This document shows, one piece after another, positions 10,561 to 22,435 of a stretch of 64,000 bases of DNA. The DNA is from a virus (Duplodnaviria; Heunggongvirae; Uroviricota; Caudoviricetes). The translations under genes and the position numbers were made by a program. The stretch is from IMG/VR virus record IMGVR_UViG_3300024333_000003, one strand, 5' to 3'. Position 1 is the first letter of the stretch. The number at the start of each line of letters is the position of its first letter. A model generated the notes under the pieces. The model was not told the DNA's origin and made no database searches. It saw only the letters and a list, made by a program, of their open reading frames with translations.

Positions 10561-11780
10561 GGACTTAAATGACTGAAATTATAAAAGAAGTATTAAGAAA
10601 ATATCCGACTGCAAATTTAGCGTCAGAGAGCACTATCGAAGAAATAGCGGATAAGATCGAAGCAAGATTTGACGAGTTATTACAAGACAAAAGCAATATA
10701 CCAAAAGCAGTATTTACGCAACAAATGTTATATGTTTTCAAACAGGTGGCGCAACAACTAGAGAATGCAAATCAATTAGACGCTATAAAGGTTCTTTATG
10801 AGGAACTAGTACAAGTCTGTAAATATTATAATAACGGACAGAATTTATTAGGACTTTCCGAAGCATTGTCGGAATTAATAGCCACAGCTGCCGAAGCCAC
10901 ATCAGAACTAGAATCATGCGCTACGAACAAAAGCTAACAAGTGGAATTGTTTTTTATTACGAGATAACCGGCAAACAGGTAGATAAGTTGTTTGCCGTTT
11001 ATTTTAGTTACGGCAGCGTAAAAGATGAGACAGATTTTCAGTTTCACCAAGAATTTTTAAAGCGAGATTCGTTTAGTAGTATGCAAAGTACTATTGAAGA
11101 ACTAAAAAAATATTGTACTAATAAAGGATTTAAACATGTCTCTACCAAACACTGATTATACGCCGCCAGGGTATCAGGTCGCTAGAGCGTGTGGCAATTG
11201 TTTATATTATAGAAAAGTAACTGTTTCACACGGCACATGTCGACTAGAAACACTAGCTAACCCGACAGCTCCAAAGCGACCGACGCATCTAATTTGTACT
11301 TGTGATGCGCATGTTTTTAAAAATCACAGCGTGACTATACATAGGATACACCATGATTTCAATGCAGCCATTCCAGATGACAGACAACTATGACTGCTTT
11401 CAGTTTGCATTCAGAGATAAATTTGATTATGTAGCGAAACAACTCGAGATTGCTACAGCATTGGACTCCAGTAAAATCTCCGTGCCTTTCTCCGTTGTAC
11501 ATTTAAATAATTTTTGGTTATTCTTACCAAGTACACAGCATGATGATACGCATCATATGATTATTACAAATGTAGTTTCATCGCTCGCACATGTATTTTT
11601 ATCAAGAATACGTATGCGTGTACATTACACAAGACCACAGTCTATCAATGTCATAGGAATTATAGAGGGCCATATTGGATTGAATTCACGACGATTATTT
11701 AATTCTATAAGTATGCAACCAGATATGTTTATGAAAGCACCGACATATGAAACTATGCGAGAAGACTTAAGAACCGGTTT

Positions 11781-12848
11781 ATGGATAACAACTTAATCTT
11801 TGCTATTGAAAAACTAGGGGCCACGATCTACTTATTTGGTGAATGTGTTTGGGCAACAGCATTAAAAATAAAAGTGCAGTATTATAAGTTAGCTATAATT
11901 GGAGTAACCCGCGAACAGGTAATTCCATTGTTAGATAACTATACATTGCACAGAACAAAACCAACACTGCAGATAAGTGACGGTGACACAACATATGAAT
12001 TGTATTTTTTGAATAGTATAGATAGTGTACCATTTGATCCTATATCGATAAACAATGCTATTCTCAGTCTGGATGGCAAGGTATTTCGCGCCGATGATTT
12101 AAAGAATAAACTCATTCGTGCCAATACCTCCACATTTCTCGATTACCCCGAAGAGTTATTACGGATATGTCGCATTGCTGCGCAAACCTCTTTTGCCGTA
12201 GATGTCCCAACGTGGGTAACAATGTACGAACATTCACGATTGATCAAGAATGTAGTAAAGAGCAACCCAGCATATATTGGAAAACAATTGCAACAAATAA
12301 TTATGTCAAAAAATCCGGGGCATGGTTTTCGTTTGATGTTAGAGACCAACGTACTACAATATATTTTTCCAGAGTTAGCACGTTGTAACAATATTCGTCA
12401 AACACGTCGGGGCGAAGGCATCAATGTATTTGAACACATATTGTTGGCTATAAATGCGGCAGCACTTGAAGAAGAAATCAGATGGACTATGTTATTTCAT
12501 GATATGGCAAAACCAACTACTATGGATATTACTTCCGATGGTAAAATGCATTTTTTCAAACACGAATTTGTAGGCGCCGAGCTCGCTGTAACATACATGA
12601 CAAAATATAAATTACCGCCGTCTCTAATACAAACTGTAAAGATATTAATAGAGAATCATATGTTTGACGCGGACCCGAAGTTAACCGTAAAGGGCGTGCG
12701 TCGTCTAATTAAAAGAGTCGGCAAAGAAAACATATATCAACTTATAAAAGTGCGAGAAGCGGATAGACGTGGTACCATGGTTCCACCGTCAAATGATAAG
12801 ATAGAATTGTTAAAAACCAAAATCGAAAAAGAATTATCAAATGTTTAA
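11781..12848 (+). CDS. CCA-adding-enzyme-like protein with degenerate nucleotidyltransferase head and HD domain
   Basis: FLDYPEELLRICRIAAQTSF resembles the EDPLR(I/M)LRA(I/A)RF motif. HD motif MLFHDMAKP. The GGxVRD...DxD head motif is replaced by GECVWATAL. Confidence 0.5.
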   Translation: MDNNLIFAIEKLGATIYLFGECVWATALKIKVQYYKLAIIGVTREQVIPLLDNYTLHRTKPTLQISDGDTTYELYFLNSIDSVPFDPISINNAILSLDGKVFRADDLKNKLIRANTSTFLDYPEELLRICRIAAQTSFAVDVPTWVTMYEHSRLIKNVVKSNPAYIGKQLQQIIMSKNPGHGFRLMLETNVLQYIFPELARCNNIRQTRRGEGINVFEHILLAINAAALEEEIRWTMLFHDMAKPTTMDITSDGKMHFFKHEFVGAELAVTYMTKYKLPPSLIQTVKILIENHMFDADPKLTVKGVRRLIKRVGKENIYQLIKVREADRRGTMVPPSNDKIELLKTKIEKELSNV

Positions 12849-13263
12849 CACCTATATCATAATTATTGTTACAACGTTAATTATTGCCTTAATTTATACG
12901 GCATTCTTTTACAGGGTGCAATATTTAAAGATATATCGACAAAAGAAAGCATCAGAAGTCCGCCTGGGACAAATAGCCGAACATTTGGTTCCGTATCTGA
13001 AACATTTTCAATATGATCCAAAAAGAGCTCATTTTTTAGGGATGCCTGTAGATTATATTGTATTTGACGATAATGCAATAATATTTTTAGAAATTAAAAC
13101 TGGAGCGTCAGGACTAAATCGTACACAACGCAACATAAAAAAATTAATTGATGATGGTAAGGTTAGATGGGAAGAATTACGATTAACTTCGAATTCTATG
13201 TATCCTAAAGACGACCAAAAACATAGCTTTGACTTATTAAAAAGAGCAGGAGTAGAATTATAA
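12841..13263 (+). CDS. PD-(D/E)xK-type nuclease-like protein with N-terminal TM segment
   Basis: VDYIVFDD...IFLEIK (D...ExK pattern). Confidence 0.35.
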   Translation: MFNTYIIIIVTTLIIALIYTAFFYRVQYLKIYRQKKASEVRLGQIAEHLVPYLKHFQYDPKRAHFLGMPVDYIVFDDNAIIFLEIKTGASGLNRTQRNIKKLIDDGKVRWEELRLTSNSMYPKDDQKHSFDLLKRAGVEL

Positions 13264-14003
13264 GTTTAATTTGCTTTTAATACACAAATTTAGTATATTT
13301 AAGCAATGACAGACTTTAGTAAATACTTCGACAAATATATAGTTTTAGTGACAAACTACACCACATCTCCCCAAGAATTAAAATCATTAAAAAGCGAACA
13401 ATACGATATAAAAATAGTTAAATATAACGATAAGTATGTATGCGTACGCAGTTTGAAAGAAGATGATTTGCGGGATGAAGACTATGTTATTTGGCTGCAA
13501 ACAATGTGGCAAATCGAAGAAGACATAACACTTTTCTTGAGGAATAGCAAAGAATGGATCGAAAAAGATCTAGTCAGAACATCACAAAAACAGCCTTAAA
13601 ACCATACACACGCCTAAAACGCAAATATCATTCAGTCCAGGTACAAACTTTTTTGATAATGGTAACCACGGAAAACGTCGAATCAGACGCAAATAAAAAA
13701 TTTGATCATACCGGCTTTACATTAAAAGTTGTTGAAAGAGGTATCGATAATTACTATGGTGTGCGCACACAAGAATTATCGTATACCAAAAGCGGTCATG
13801 TTGCATATCCGATTTTCACTGATTTTTCACGAACTACCGTTCTTGATACATTGCGTACACTAGGAAATACACCGTCTCCTGTAATACACCGCTTGATACG
13901 AATAGGATTAAGCGCCAGGCAAATAGGTCAAATACGAAGATGGCATATTTCCGACTGGCGGGTATTACCCGTAAAAATACATTTTAGTAAATAGGATTAA
14001 GTA

Positions 14004-14753
14004 ATGAAAATATTACCTGTGGGTTCCTCGAGTTCCGGGAACTGCACATTAATTTATAACGATAATACACGCATCTTAATCGATTGCGGTATATCGGCAA
14101 AAAGGGTTTTTGAGAAAACAGGGCACAAGGAATTCAGCGCCCTGTTTATTTCTCACGAACATAGCGATCATATTGTTGGCGCAGGCCCTGTTGGGCGTAA
14201 AACCAAAGTTCCTATATATATTCATGAAGCTGTTTTCAAAGCAAAAGAAACAGATTTAAATGATTGTGAAATCAAATATATAAATGAGACATCTGTACTG
14301 CAAATTAAATCTTTGATAGTTAAACCTTTTTCAACAAAACACGACGCAAAGTTTGCACTGGGTTTTATAATTGAAGAGCCCGCTACAAATACGTTTCTCT
14401 GCTATTTAACCGATACTGGCAGCATCAGCAAAACTATGCGAGAACGTACAAAACATTGTAACGCCTTTTTCATCGAATGCGATTATGACGATGAATTATT
14501 GGCAACTTACGACGGATACGACCAATTATTAAAGGATCGTATTAGCTCCAACTTTGGTCACCTTAGTACATCACAGGCTTTAGAATTTTTATCTGAGTTT
14601 GATTTGACTAAGACAAAGGGAATAGTTATTGGTCATATAAGTCCAAGGACTAATTCGCCCGAAAAAGTTAAGGAGCATTTTATGAAGAAATTTGCAACAC
14701 TTGAAAATAAATTTCATATTGCTCCATTTGATGCCCCCTTAGAATTGACATGA
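14004..14753 (+). CDS. metallo-beta-lactamase-fold hydrolase
   Basis: HEHSDH (HxHxDH) motif. Confidence 0.6.
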   Translation: MKILPVGSSSSGNCTLIYNDNTRILIDCGISAKRVFEKTGHKEFSALFISHEHSDHIVGAGPVGRKTKVPIYIHEAVFKAKETDLNDCEIKYINETSVLQIKSLIVKPFSTKHDAKFALGFIIEEPATNTFLCYLTDTGSISKTMRERTKHCNAFFIECDYDDELLATYDGYDQLLKDRISSNFGHLSTSQALEFLSEFDLTKTKGIVIGHISPRTNSPEKVKEHFMKKFATLENKFHIAPFDAPLELT

Positions 14754-15086
14754 TATATAAAACATTCTTTAAATCGGTTTATTCACTTGGGCAACATTCC
14801 GACGACTACAAAAAGTTGATTGGCAAACGTGTCGGCAAAGTATACGAATATACATCATCGTCAGACACCATTATTGTGCATCTTGGCAATACCTATCTTC
14901 ATATAGCAGTTGGTAAAGATGTTCAGGCGCCGGTATTAAAGAACTTAATAAGCGTTGCATTAACCCACAAGAAACCAGTGAAGTTGGAATTCTGTGAAAA
15001 CTTGCAGAACCTTCAGATGGTGGATCAGGTAGTTTTAAAAATAAATGAGTATTTAGGATTTCAAGATATTTTAATATAAGGTATAA

Positions 15087-15755
15087 ATGGTTTTTCAAAA
15101 AGATACAACTGTTTTTAATAAACAATTAGCCTTCGACATCGAAACCATCCCTACGCGGGATGTTGTGCCCGATGAACTAGAAGAACTGATAACACGTAAG
15201 ATAGAAAGGGCACAGAAGTCAAATCCACTGCTCAATGTTACAAGCGAACGCCGTAAAATTATGGCTACTGATCCTTTGTTAGGACAAATTATTTGTATAG
15301 GTATGTATTACTCTACAAGTGACACAAAAGTGGCACTCACCGATTCTTCTGAAAAAGTTATTTTAGAAAAATTTTGGAAAGCAATTAGTGTATTTAATGG
15401 TGTTTTCGTTGGGTTTAACTCAGTTAGATTCGATGTCCCCTTTATTATTAGACGAAGTATGTTACATAGGATAATACCTACGAATTCGTCTTTTCTGCAA
15501 TATACACGCTTTGATCCATTTCCTCCTCATTTTGATGTAATGCTTCAATTGTCTGGACGAGACGGATTTTTAAGTTTAAAAAATGCATGCGCGGCATTCG
15601 GTATTCCATCACCAAAAAACGGCAAGATACACGCAGAAAATGTCGAACAAGCATATAATGAAGGAAAAATAAAAGAGATCGCCGAGTATTGTTTAGGCGA
15701 TGTTGTGGCTACTCACAAGTTATACGAAATTATAATCGATTATATAGTAAAATAA
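15087..15755 (+). CDS. DEDD-family 3'-5' exonuclease
   Basis: LAFDIETIP (Exo I) and YCLGDVVATHKLY (Exo III YxxxD). Confidence 0.6.
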   Translation: MVFQKDTTVFNKQLAFDIETIPTRDVVPDELEELITRKIERAQKSNPLLNVTSERRKIMATDPLLGQIICIGMYYSTSDTKVALTDSSEKVILEKFWKAISVFNGVFVGFNSVRFDVPFIIRRSMLHRIIPTNSSFLQYTRFDPFPPHFDVMLQLSGRDGFLSLKNACAAFGIPSPKNGKIHAENVEQAYNEGKIKEIAEYCLGDVVATHKLYEIIIDYIVK

Positions 15756-15758
15756 TTA

Positions 15759-16280
15759 ATGAGCTTATTTAAAAAACCAACTAAAGACGATAGACGGTTA
15801 AAGATGTATGTATTCGGCGAAAGCGGTGTTGGGAAAACGCTAACTTCGCTATACTTTCCATCTCCTGCCGTAGTCGACATCGAAGGTGGCACACATTTTT
15901 ATGTCGACAAATTTGAAATGACGCGATTACTTACAACGGATATAGATGAAATAAATCGAGCCGTCGATGAGTTAATCGAAGATCCCACAGGAATAAAAAC
16001 ATTTGTTTTGGACAGTATGACCGCATACTGGGACTTGTTGCAAGACAAACACCTAAAACGTCTAAGGGTGAAAAAGGCAAAGCCTGATTATACATTTCAA
16101 CCGATGGATTATCGGTTGCTTCAGGCTGATTTAAAATCCTTTATAAACAAGTTGTTAGCATTAGATCTTAATATCATTGTAACAGCTAAATCAAAAAATG
16201 AATATTCTGCAGAGAGCAGTGAATTCATGAAAATAATTGGTAAAAAACCAGACGGTCCAAAGGAAGTACCGTTGACATGA
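15759..16280 (+). CDS. P-loop ATPase (RecA-fold, Sak4-like annealing protein candidate)
   Basis: Walker A GESGVGKT and Walker B FVLDS. Confidence 0.5.
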   Translation: MSLFKKPTKDDRRLKMYVFGESGVGKTLTSLYFPSPAVVDIEGGTHFYVDKFEMTRLLTTDIDEINRAVDELIEDPTGIKTFVLDSMTAYWDLLQDKHLKRLRVKKAKPDYTFQPMDYRLLQADLKSFINKLLALDLNIIVTAKSKNEYSAESSEFMKIIGKKPDGPKEVPLT

Positions 16281-17391
16281 AAAGAAAATATACTGGTCCA
16301 ATTCGTTTTTAAAATAAATATGTTTATCTTGAAATTACAGATAAAAACACGAATATTGGATAAAATAGCGGCCTATGTAGAGAAATCTTATAGGAAAATC
16401 GGGAATAACGGAGAAACTCCTTAACCAGTAAGGACAATTCCGTAGCGGAAACGCTCGAACGACTGACAACCGACTTCAAGTATGAAGATGATACAGTCTG
16501 CTCTATAGATATATATAAAACTATAGCTAACACATGGATTTATTTGACATAGTCCTTGAACTTATGTTTGGTCCAAATGATACCAGAATAGCAAAAGTTA
16601 TAAAAGATCGTACTAACACATTACCAAAAGAGTTTGAATACACATATCAAGAGTTAACGAAGTACTTGGATATGAAAGAACTAGAGCGTGAACCTGTTGC
16701 ACTCCGTGCGGTACAACGCTTGAATCAAGTTTCTAACCGTACCGTTGCTATAACACTAGATGGTCAAACCGTGATGACCGGCGGTATAACAGTAGAAACT
16801 TTCACAAAACTTCGTGACATTATTCCACATTTTGAGGAACGGGAATTAAAAGATAAATTACAGGAGGACTATTATGTTGGTTCTCTACTCGATCTGAAAG
16901 AAGACGAGGCAAAGCAGTTCCTTACTGATCTACAAGCAAAACTAGGTATTAATAATTAATGAGCTATAACTTACGCGATGTTAAGGGATCGAGTTTTGAT
17001 CCTATTCCAGAAGGCCGTTATAACCTAACGGTGGATAAAGCAGAGTTAACAACTGCAAAAGATAGTGGTAATCCTATGATCAAAGCGACTTTGAAGATTC
17101 TCGATGGAGACTTTAAAGGTCGTTTAGTATGGGATAATTTTGTATTAACAGATAAATCCCTGTGGAAGTTAAAGGGAATTCTAGAAGCAATTGGTAGTAA
17201 TATTGCTGAATCTGTAAATGCTACTGAACAAGATATAGCCAATGCATTACAAGGTGCAAAGGTGAATGCTTGGTTAGAAATTCGTATTGGTCCAAACGAT
17301 CAAACATCAAATACAGTAAAAAACTACGCCAAAATAACCGAAGAAACGGTTGCAAGCAAAAAGAACAGTCTTTTAGCTTAATAGCTTTATT

Positions 17392-17413
17392 GGCCTCGGT
17401 AAATATCGAGGCC
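17392..17413 (+). terminator. hairpin terminator candidate
   Basis: GGCCTCG-gtaaatat-CGAGGCC immediately after the ORF ending at 17381. Confidence 0.35.
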
Positions 17414-17423
17414 TTCATGTATT

Positions 17424-18146
17424 ATGGATAAATTCATACAAAGAGCTTTAACACGTTCACAAATAAATGAGATACTACAATTTTTGTCGTATCATTTAGG
17501 GTATACGCCGCCGCAAAAGTTTACTATAATTTTTGCTAAGACTCCAGAACAATTCGCAAAGTTGCATGGAACAGAGCCGGGCCAAACGACGGTAGAGGAA
17601 ATAAATTCAGCTGTACCTACGTTACCGGCAATATTTGATCATGGAACGAATACGGCGGTATTTCAAGGATTTTCTTACGTTCAAGGTCTTGCGGTACCGC
17701 ATTTCATAATACCTATGGCCACAATCTTACATGAATGTATACACTTTTACCAGTATTCCGCCGGAAATTTTGGGTCGTGGCAAACAATGTACGAAGGAAC
17801 CAGCGAAATATTGGCTTGCTTCTTTGCCGATGATTACCAGTTCGATTACAAGAACGAAGTCATATATAGCTTTAACTTGGCAATGATCATCAACGATAAT
17901 AATTTCTGGGAAGCAATGAACTGGATAAAACGCTACACTGTTCATAGTGATAAAAATGGATTCGTAGCACGTAGTATTTTACAGACACCCACATTTGCAA
18001 AATTTAGACCGACTAATTTGATGCGGTGGTTAGATGCTAATACGTTACATAAGATTAAAAACGAAGAGATACGAAATTTATTTACAAAGTACAATCTTTC
18101 GTATATTAAAAAACAATTACATAAGAATCGTCAACTAATTTCATGA
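17424..18146 (+). CDS. HExxH zinc metallopeptidase-like protein
   Basis: LHECIHF (HExxH). Confidence 0.4.
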   Translation: MDKFIQRALTRSQINEILQFLSYHLGYTPPQKFTIIFAKTPEQFAKLHGTEPGQTTVEEINSAVPTLPAIFDHGTNTAVFQGFSYVQGLAVPHFIIPMATILHECIHFYQYSAGNFGSWQTMYEGTSEILACFFADDYQFDYKNEVIYSFNLAMIINDNNFWEAMNWIKRYTVHSDKNGFVARSILQTPTFAKFRPTNLMRWLDANTLHKIKNEEIRNLFTKYNLSYIKKQLHKNRQLIS

Positions 18147-18152
18147 GGTAAT

Positions 18153-18389
18153 ATGAAGCTCACGATGCCATGCCCGGGCGGATGTAACGGTACAGGAAAA
18201 ATAAAAGCATTACGAAGACGATGTGGTACATGTCACGCAGAGGGAGAGATCACTCTGACAAAATATCATAAAATACTAGGTAATTATACAGAACTTAGGA
18301 ATGTATTAGCTTTTGAAGAATTCCTGGCTGATCAAAAACGAAAAAAGCATGAAATTTCAGTACAAGATAAACGGCAACCACAGGGGTAG
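18153..18389 (+). CDS. DnaJ-type zinc-finger protein
   Basis: CPGGCNGTGK and CGTCHAEGE (CxxCxGxG repeats). Confidence 0.45.
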   Translation: MKLTMPCPGGCNGTGKIKALRRRCGTCHAEGEITLTKYHKILGNYTELRNVLAFEEFLADQKRKKHEISVQDKRQPQG

Positions 18390-19137
18390 CCGTGATACAA
18401 AGGATAGTGCGATAAGAGCAGCCCGAAAAGCTGCTCTTTCCATTTCAGACAGAGGTATAATTCATGTAGAGGTAGTAGACGAAGCTTCTGAAAATGTCAT
18501 ACATAGAGACATGGTTTTAGATGAAAATATAAAATCATTAGAAACAGATGATTTAGCTTCGATCGGCATGATAGTACCTGGAACATACAAAATAAATAAC
18601 GACATCAAACCAAAAGCTGCAGAAAAATTATTTAAGATTGGTGACTATACAAAGTTAAATAATGAACTGTATAAAATAATATCAGTATCGGAATCCTGCG
18701 CTCGCGCGCAACCGGTATTAAAGAAAAAAGTAAAAATAAAAGATAAACTTACAGATAAAGAACGAGAGTTCTCCATAACTCGCCGTGCTGTATCATTAGC
18801 TCCTTCAGCAACAAATGTTTTAACTACGGAAGAAGTAGAAAAAGAATTAAAAAGAATAAAGGAATTAGAAAATGGAAATAGTAACACAAATAGTGGAGTC
18901 GATCGAAGCAATAGTAAACTCATTGCACAGCCAAAAGGAAAAAATTCTGGAACTGGTGGACACAGGAGTAAAAATAGCAGAAAAAATAAAGTCCGAGGAA
19001 AAAGATGAACGACTTACTGATCCAAATTAAAGTTATAGAGGACGCCGCTGACTTTGTCACTAATCCTAATACACAAAAGAAACTCTTGGATATATTATAT
19101 AAAATATTCCAAGATAGAGGAATCGTAGTATCAATCG

Positions 19138-19650
19138 ATGTCAATGAATCAACTAGAGAAGAGGATACAACAAGCCAATCTTAAGTACCGCAAAAATAAA
19201 GTTGCGGTAATCAATAAGGTTGAAGTTCCTATTCTCCTTACCAACCAAGGGCTCATACCAAAACAAAGTACAGTAGATTTCACAGGTATTTATAAAAGAT
19301 CAATGAAAGAACATAATAAGTACTCTTCCATTGATTATGACGAAATCGTTGTAGGGCAAGGTATAGCCTTTGATGCAAAAGAAACGTTAAGTAAAACTTC
19401 GTTTCCTCTAAATAATATTAAACAGCATCAATTAATATTTTTGGAGTATTTTGAAGACTGTGGAGGAACAGCCTTTTTTCTGATACATTTTAAGAAACTA
19501 CATGTCGATCATGCGTTTGTCACGCCACTTGCTTTTGTCAAAAAATATTGGTATGATGAATCCTCACGCCGAAGCCTTCCTTATGCTGAATTCGACCAGA
19601 AATGGCTTACGGAAATCGATAATTATTTAAAGTATTTTAATGACATTTGA
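19138..19650 (+). CDS. recU: RecU-type Holliday junction resolvase
   Basis: FDAKETLSKTSFPLNN closely matches the RecU core FEAKETKNKTSFPLQN. Confidence 0.7.
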   Translation: MSMNQLEKRIQQANLKYRKNKVAVINKVEVPILLTNQGLIPKQSTVDFTGIYKRSMKEHNKYSSIDYDEIVVGQGIAFDAKETLSKTSFPLNNIKQHQLIFLEYFEDCGGTAFFLIHFKKLHVDHAFVTPLAFVKKYWYDESSRRSLPYAEFDQKWLTEIDNYLKYFNDI

Positions 19651-19850
19651 CACTTTTAACAATGAATGTTTAGGTATTGTTATACAAGATTGGCCACACA
19701 TGTCTATTGGTATGTTTATGGCTATAGATGTAGAATGGGGAAAATTATCTCCGATTCCAACAACTAATCCACTATCGAAAGAATGGGCCTGTGTTGATTC
19801 CGATCTTTATATACGCTTAGACAAAATAAAATTAATTAAACATATAAAAT

Positions 19851-20315
19851 ATGCAGAAAAACTCAAACAAGAAACAAAAAGTATCTTCGACGATAACAGT
19901 CCCGGTAAAAGTGCTATCGGATAAAGCTATATTACCAACTAAAACACATGATACAGACGCATGCTACGATTTGTATTCTGTAAAGCAAATCAGACTAGCT
20001 GCGAATGGCTTTGATGCCGTTCAGACTGGGATCGCGTTCAATATTCCAAAAGGATATTTTGGCAAAATATATGAACGCAGTGGAGTATCGTTACAACGTC
20101 CTATAACAGTGAAAGCTGGGGTTATAGATGCTGGATACACCGGTGAAGTAAAGGTGATCGTACACAATCACGGTGATTATCCAGAAATGATCGATGCTGG
20201 TACAAAATTGGCGCAAATTGCGTTTCATGCGGTACCTGACATCGAATTAGTTAAGGTAGATGAATTTAAAATCACCGCACGTGGTGATAAAGGATTTGGT
20301 AGCAGCGATCAATGA
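19851..20315 (+). CDS. dut: dUTPase
   Basis: ACYDLYS, GVIDAGYTGEVKVIVHN and C-terminal RGDKGFGSS dUTPase motifs. Confidence 0.75.
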   Translation: MQKNSNKKQKVSSTITVPVKVLSDKAILPTKTHDTDACYDLYSVKQIRLAANGFDAVQTGIAFNIPKGYFGKIYERSGVSLQRPITVKAGVIDAGYTGEVKVIVHNHGDYPEMIDAGTKLAQIAFHAVPDIELVKVDEFKITARGDKGFGSSDQ

Positions 20316-22435
20316 ATTATTTAGAGGAATTATCCAATTTTATTTTTACGAGCAAATATGCTCGTTACAATGAAAAAGCTGGTCGTAGAGAGTCTTGGGA
20401 AGAGGCTATAAAACGACTTGAATCCATGCACAAAAAACACTATTCATTTCTATCTGATGAAGATAAAAAAGAAATCGAATGGGCTTTTGACCTTGTGCGT
20501 GTAAAACGTGTAGTACCGTCAATGAGATCAATACAATTTGGTGGCAAAGCGATTGAAGCACATCAATCACGTATTTTCAATTGTGCTTGTCGCCATGTTG
20601 ATTCTCTTCGTGCGTTTTCGGAGATATTTTATTTGTTATTATGTGGTAATGGCGTAGGAATTGGTTTATCAAATATGTTTCTTAGCCGATTACCTAATTT
20701 AGTAACTGAAAAAGACAAAACAGGCACAATCATTACTTACGCAGTAGAAGATACCATCGAAGGATGGGCCGACAGTTTAGAAGCGTTGTTGAACTGTTAT
20801 TTTAAAAATACTGCATACACAGGTAGAAAGATTGTGTTTGATTACAGTAAAATACGTTCTGCCGGCACTCCGTTAAAAACGGGTGGTGGCCGTGCTCCCG
20901 GATATAGAGGTCTAAAGAATGCTCATAAAAAAATAAAACTTTTATTAGACCATATTATCGAGGATTTGCATCAATTAAATTTAAAATCTATCAATGCATA
21001 TGATATATTAATGCATGTAGCCGACGCAGTAATAAGTGGAGGTATTCGTCGAAGTGCTACGTTAGTATTATTCGATAAAAACGATATTGATATGATAAAT
21101 GCAAAAGCATTCTTTACTGTACATAAAAAAGGTCGTTTTGAGCTAAACGCGAAAACAAATAAACACGAAGGTTATGTAATACTAGAAGATCCTGCATACC
21201 CAGGCAAACAAAAAATCGAGGTAGAACTAGATGACTGGGCTTTATCTGATTTGCAACAGAATCAACGTATAAGTTGGTTTGATGTTTATAAACATAGAGC
21301 AAGAAGTAATAATAGTGTTTTGTTACTTCGAGACCAGTTAACTTCAGAAGAGTTTAAAGAAATATTCGAACGAACAAAAAATTTCGGTGAACCCGGGTTT
21401 ATATTTGGTAACCATCCATGGATGAGTACTAATCCATGTGCAGAGATCGGCTTTATTCCGGTAACTGATGATGGTGTTTGTGGCGTACAATTTTGTAATT
21501 TAACTTCCATTAATGGTGCAGAAATACATACACTAGATGATTATTTAACTTGTGTAAAAGCTGCCACAATCATTGGGACACTACAGGCCGGCTACACATA
21601 TTTTCCTTATTTATCACCGGCCGCAAAAAAACTAACTGAAGATGAAGCATTGCTGGGTGTATCAATGACCGGTATGATGGATAATCCTCAAATATTATTG
21701 AATCCTGCGTATCAAAAACAAGCTGCGCAATTAGCAGTTGCAACAAATAAAGTGTGGGCAGAGAAACTTTATATAAAACAAGCTGCCCGCGTGACGTGTA
21801 TAAAACCAGAAGGAACCGCAAGTTTAGTATTGGGAAGTGCGTCTGGTATACATGCACATCATGCAAAAAAATATTTTCGACGGGTGCAAGTAAATAAACT
21901 TGATCCGGTATATATGCACTTCAAAATCGCAAATCCGCACATGAGCGAAGAGTCGGTTTGGAGCGCAAATAAAACAGACGATGTAATCACCTTTCCTATA
22001 GAGGTTCCGGAAGGGGCGATAGTAAAAAAAGATCTAGATGCCATAGCGCATTTAGACCTCATTAAATCAACACAACAAAACTGGGTATTACCAGGAACCA
22101 GTGTTGCTAATAGAAAAAATGTTACGCATAACGTATCATGTACAGTCATAGTAAAAGCTGATGAATGGGACAAGGTGCGTGAGTATTTATTTAATAACAA
22201 AAATAATTTCGCCGCTGTAGCATTGTTGGCACAAACAGGTGATAAAGATTTCAAACAACCGCCACTTGAAGCTGTGATAACAGAGCAAGATAAACAATTG
22301 TGGGATACTATTATAACTTCGTTCAAATCTGTAAATTACAAGACACTAAAAGAAGAAGAGGATAGTACTACATTACAGCAAGAATTAGTATGCGCAGGCG
22401 GACAATGTGAATTACCAATTTTAAGTAACGGATGA
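20312..22435 (+). CDS. ribonucleotide reductase large subunit-like (NPCAE active-site loop; class II-like)
   Basis: 707 aa with STNPCAEIGF (NPCxE motif) and Cys-containing N-terminal region. Confidence 0.5.
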   Translation: MNYLEELSNFIFTSKYARYNEKAGRRESWEEAIKRLESMHKKHYSFLSDEDKKEIEWAFDLVRVKRVVPSMRSIQFGGKAIEAHQSRIFNCACRHVDSLRAFSEIFYLLLCGNGVGIGLSNMFLSRLPNLVTEKDKTGTIITYAVEDTIEGWADSLEALLNCYFKNTAYTGRKIVFDYSKIRSAGTPLKTGGGRAPGYRGLKNAHKKIKLLLDHIIEDLHQLNLKSINAYDILMHVADAVISGGIRRSATLVLFDKNDIDMINAKAFFTVHKKGRFELNAKTNKHEGYVILEDPAYPGKQKIEVELDDWALSDLQQNQRISWFDVYKHRARSNNSVLLLRDQLTSEEFKEIFERTKNFGEPGFIFGNHPWMSTNPCAEIGFIPVTDDGVCGVQFCNLTSINGAEIHTLDDYLTCVKAATIIGTLQAGYTYFPYLSPAAKKLTEDEALLGVSMTGMMDNPQILLNPAYQKQAAQLAVATNKVWAEKLYIKQAARVTCIKPEGTASLVLGSASGIHAHHAKKYFRRVQVNKLDPVYMHFKIANPHMSEESVWSANKTDDVITFPIEVPEGAIVKKDLDAIAHLDLIKSTQQNWVLPGTSVANRKNVTHNVSCTVIVKADEWDKVREYLFNNKNNFAAVALLAQTGDKDFKQPPLEAVITEQDKQLWDTIITSFKSVNYKTLKEEEDSTTLQQELVCAGGQCELPILSNG

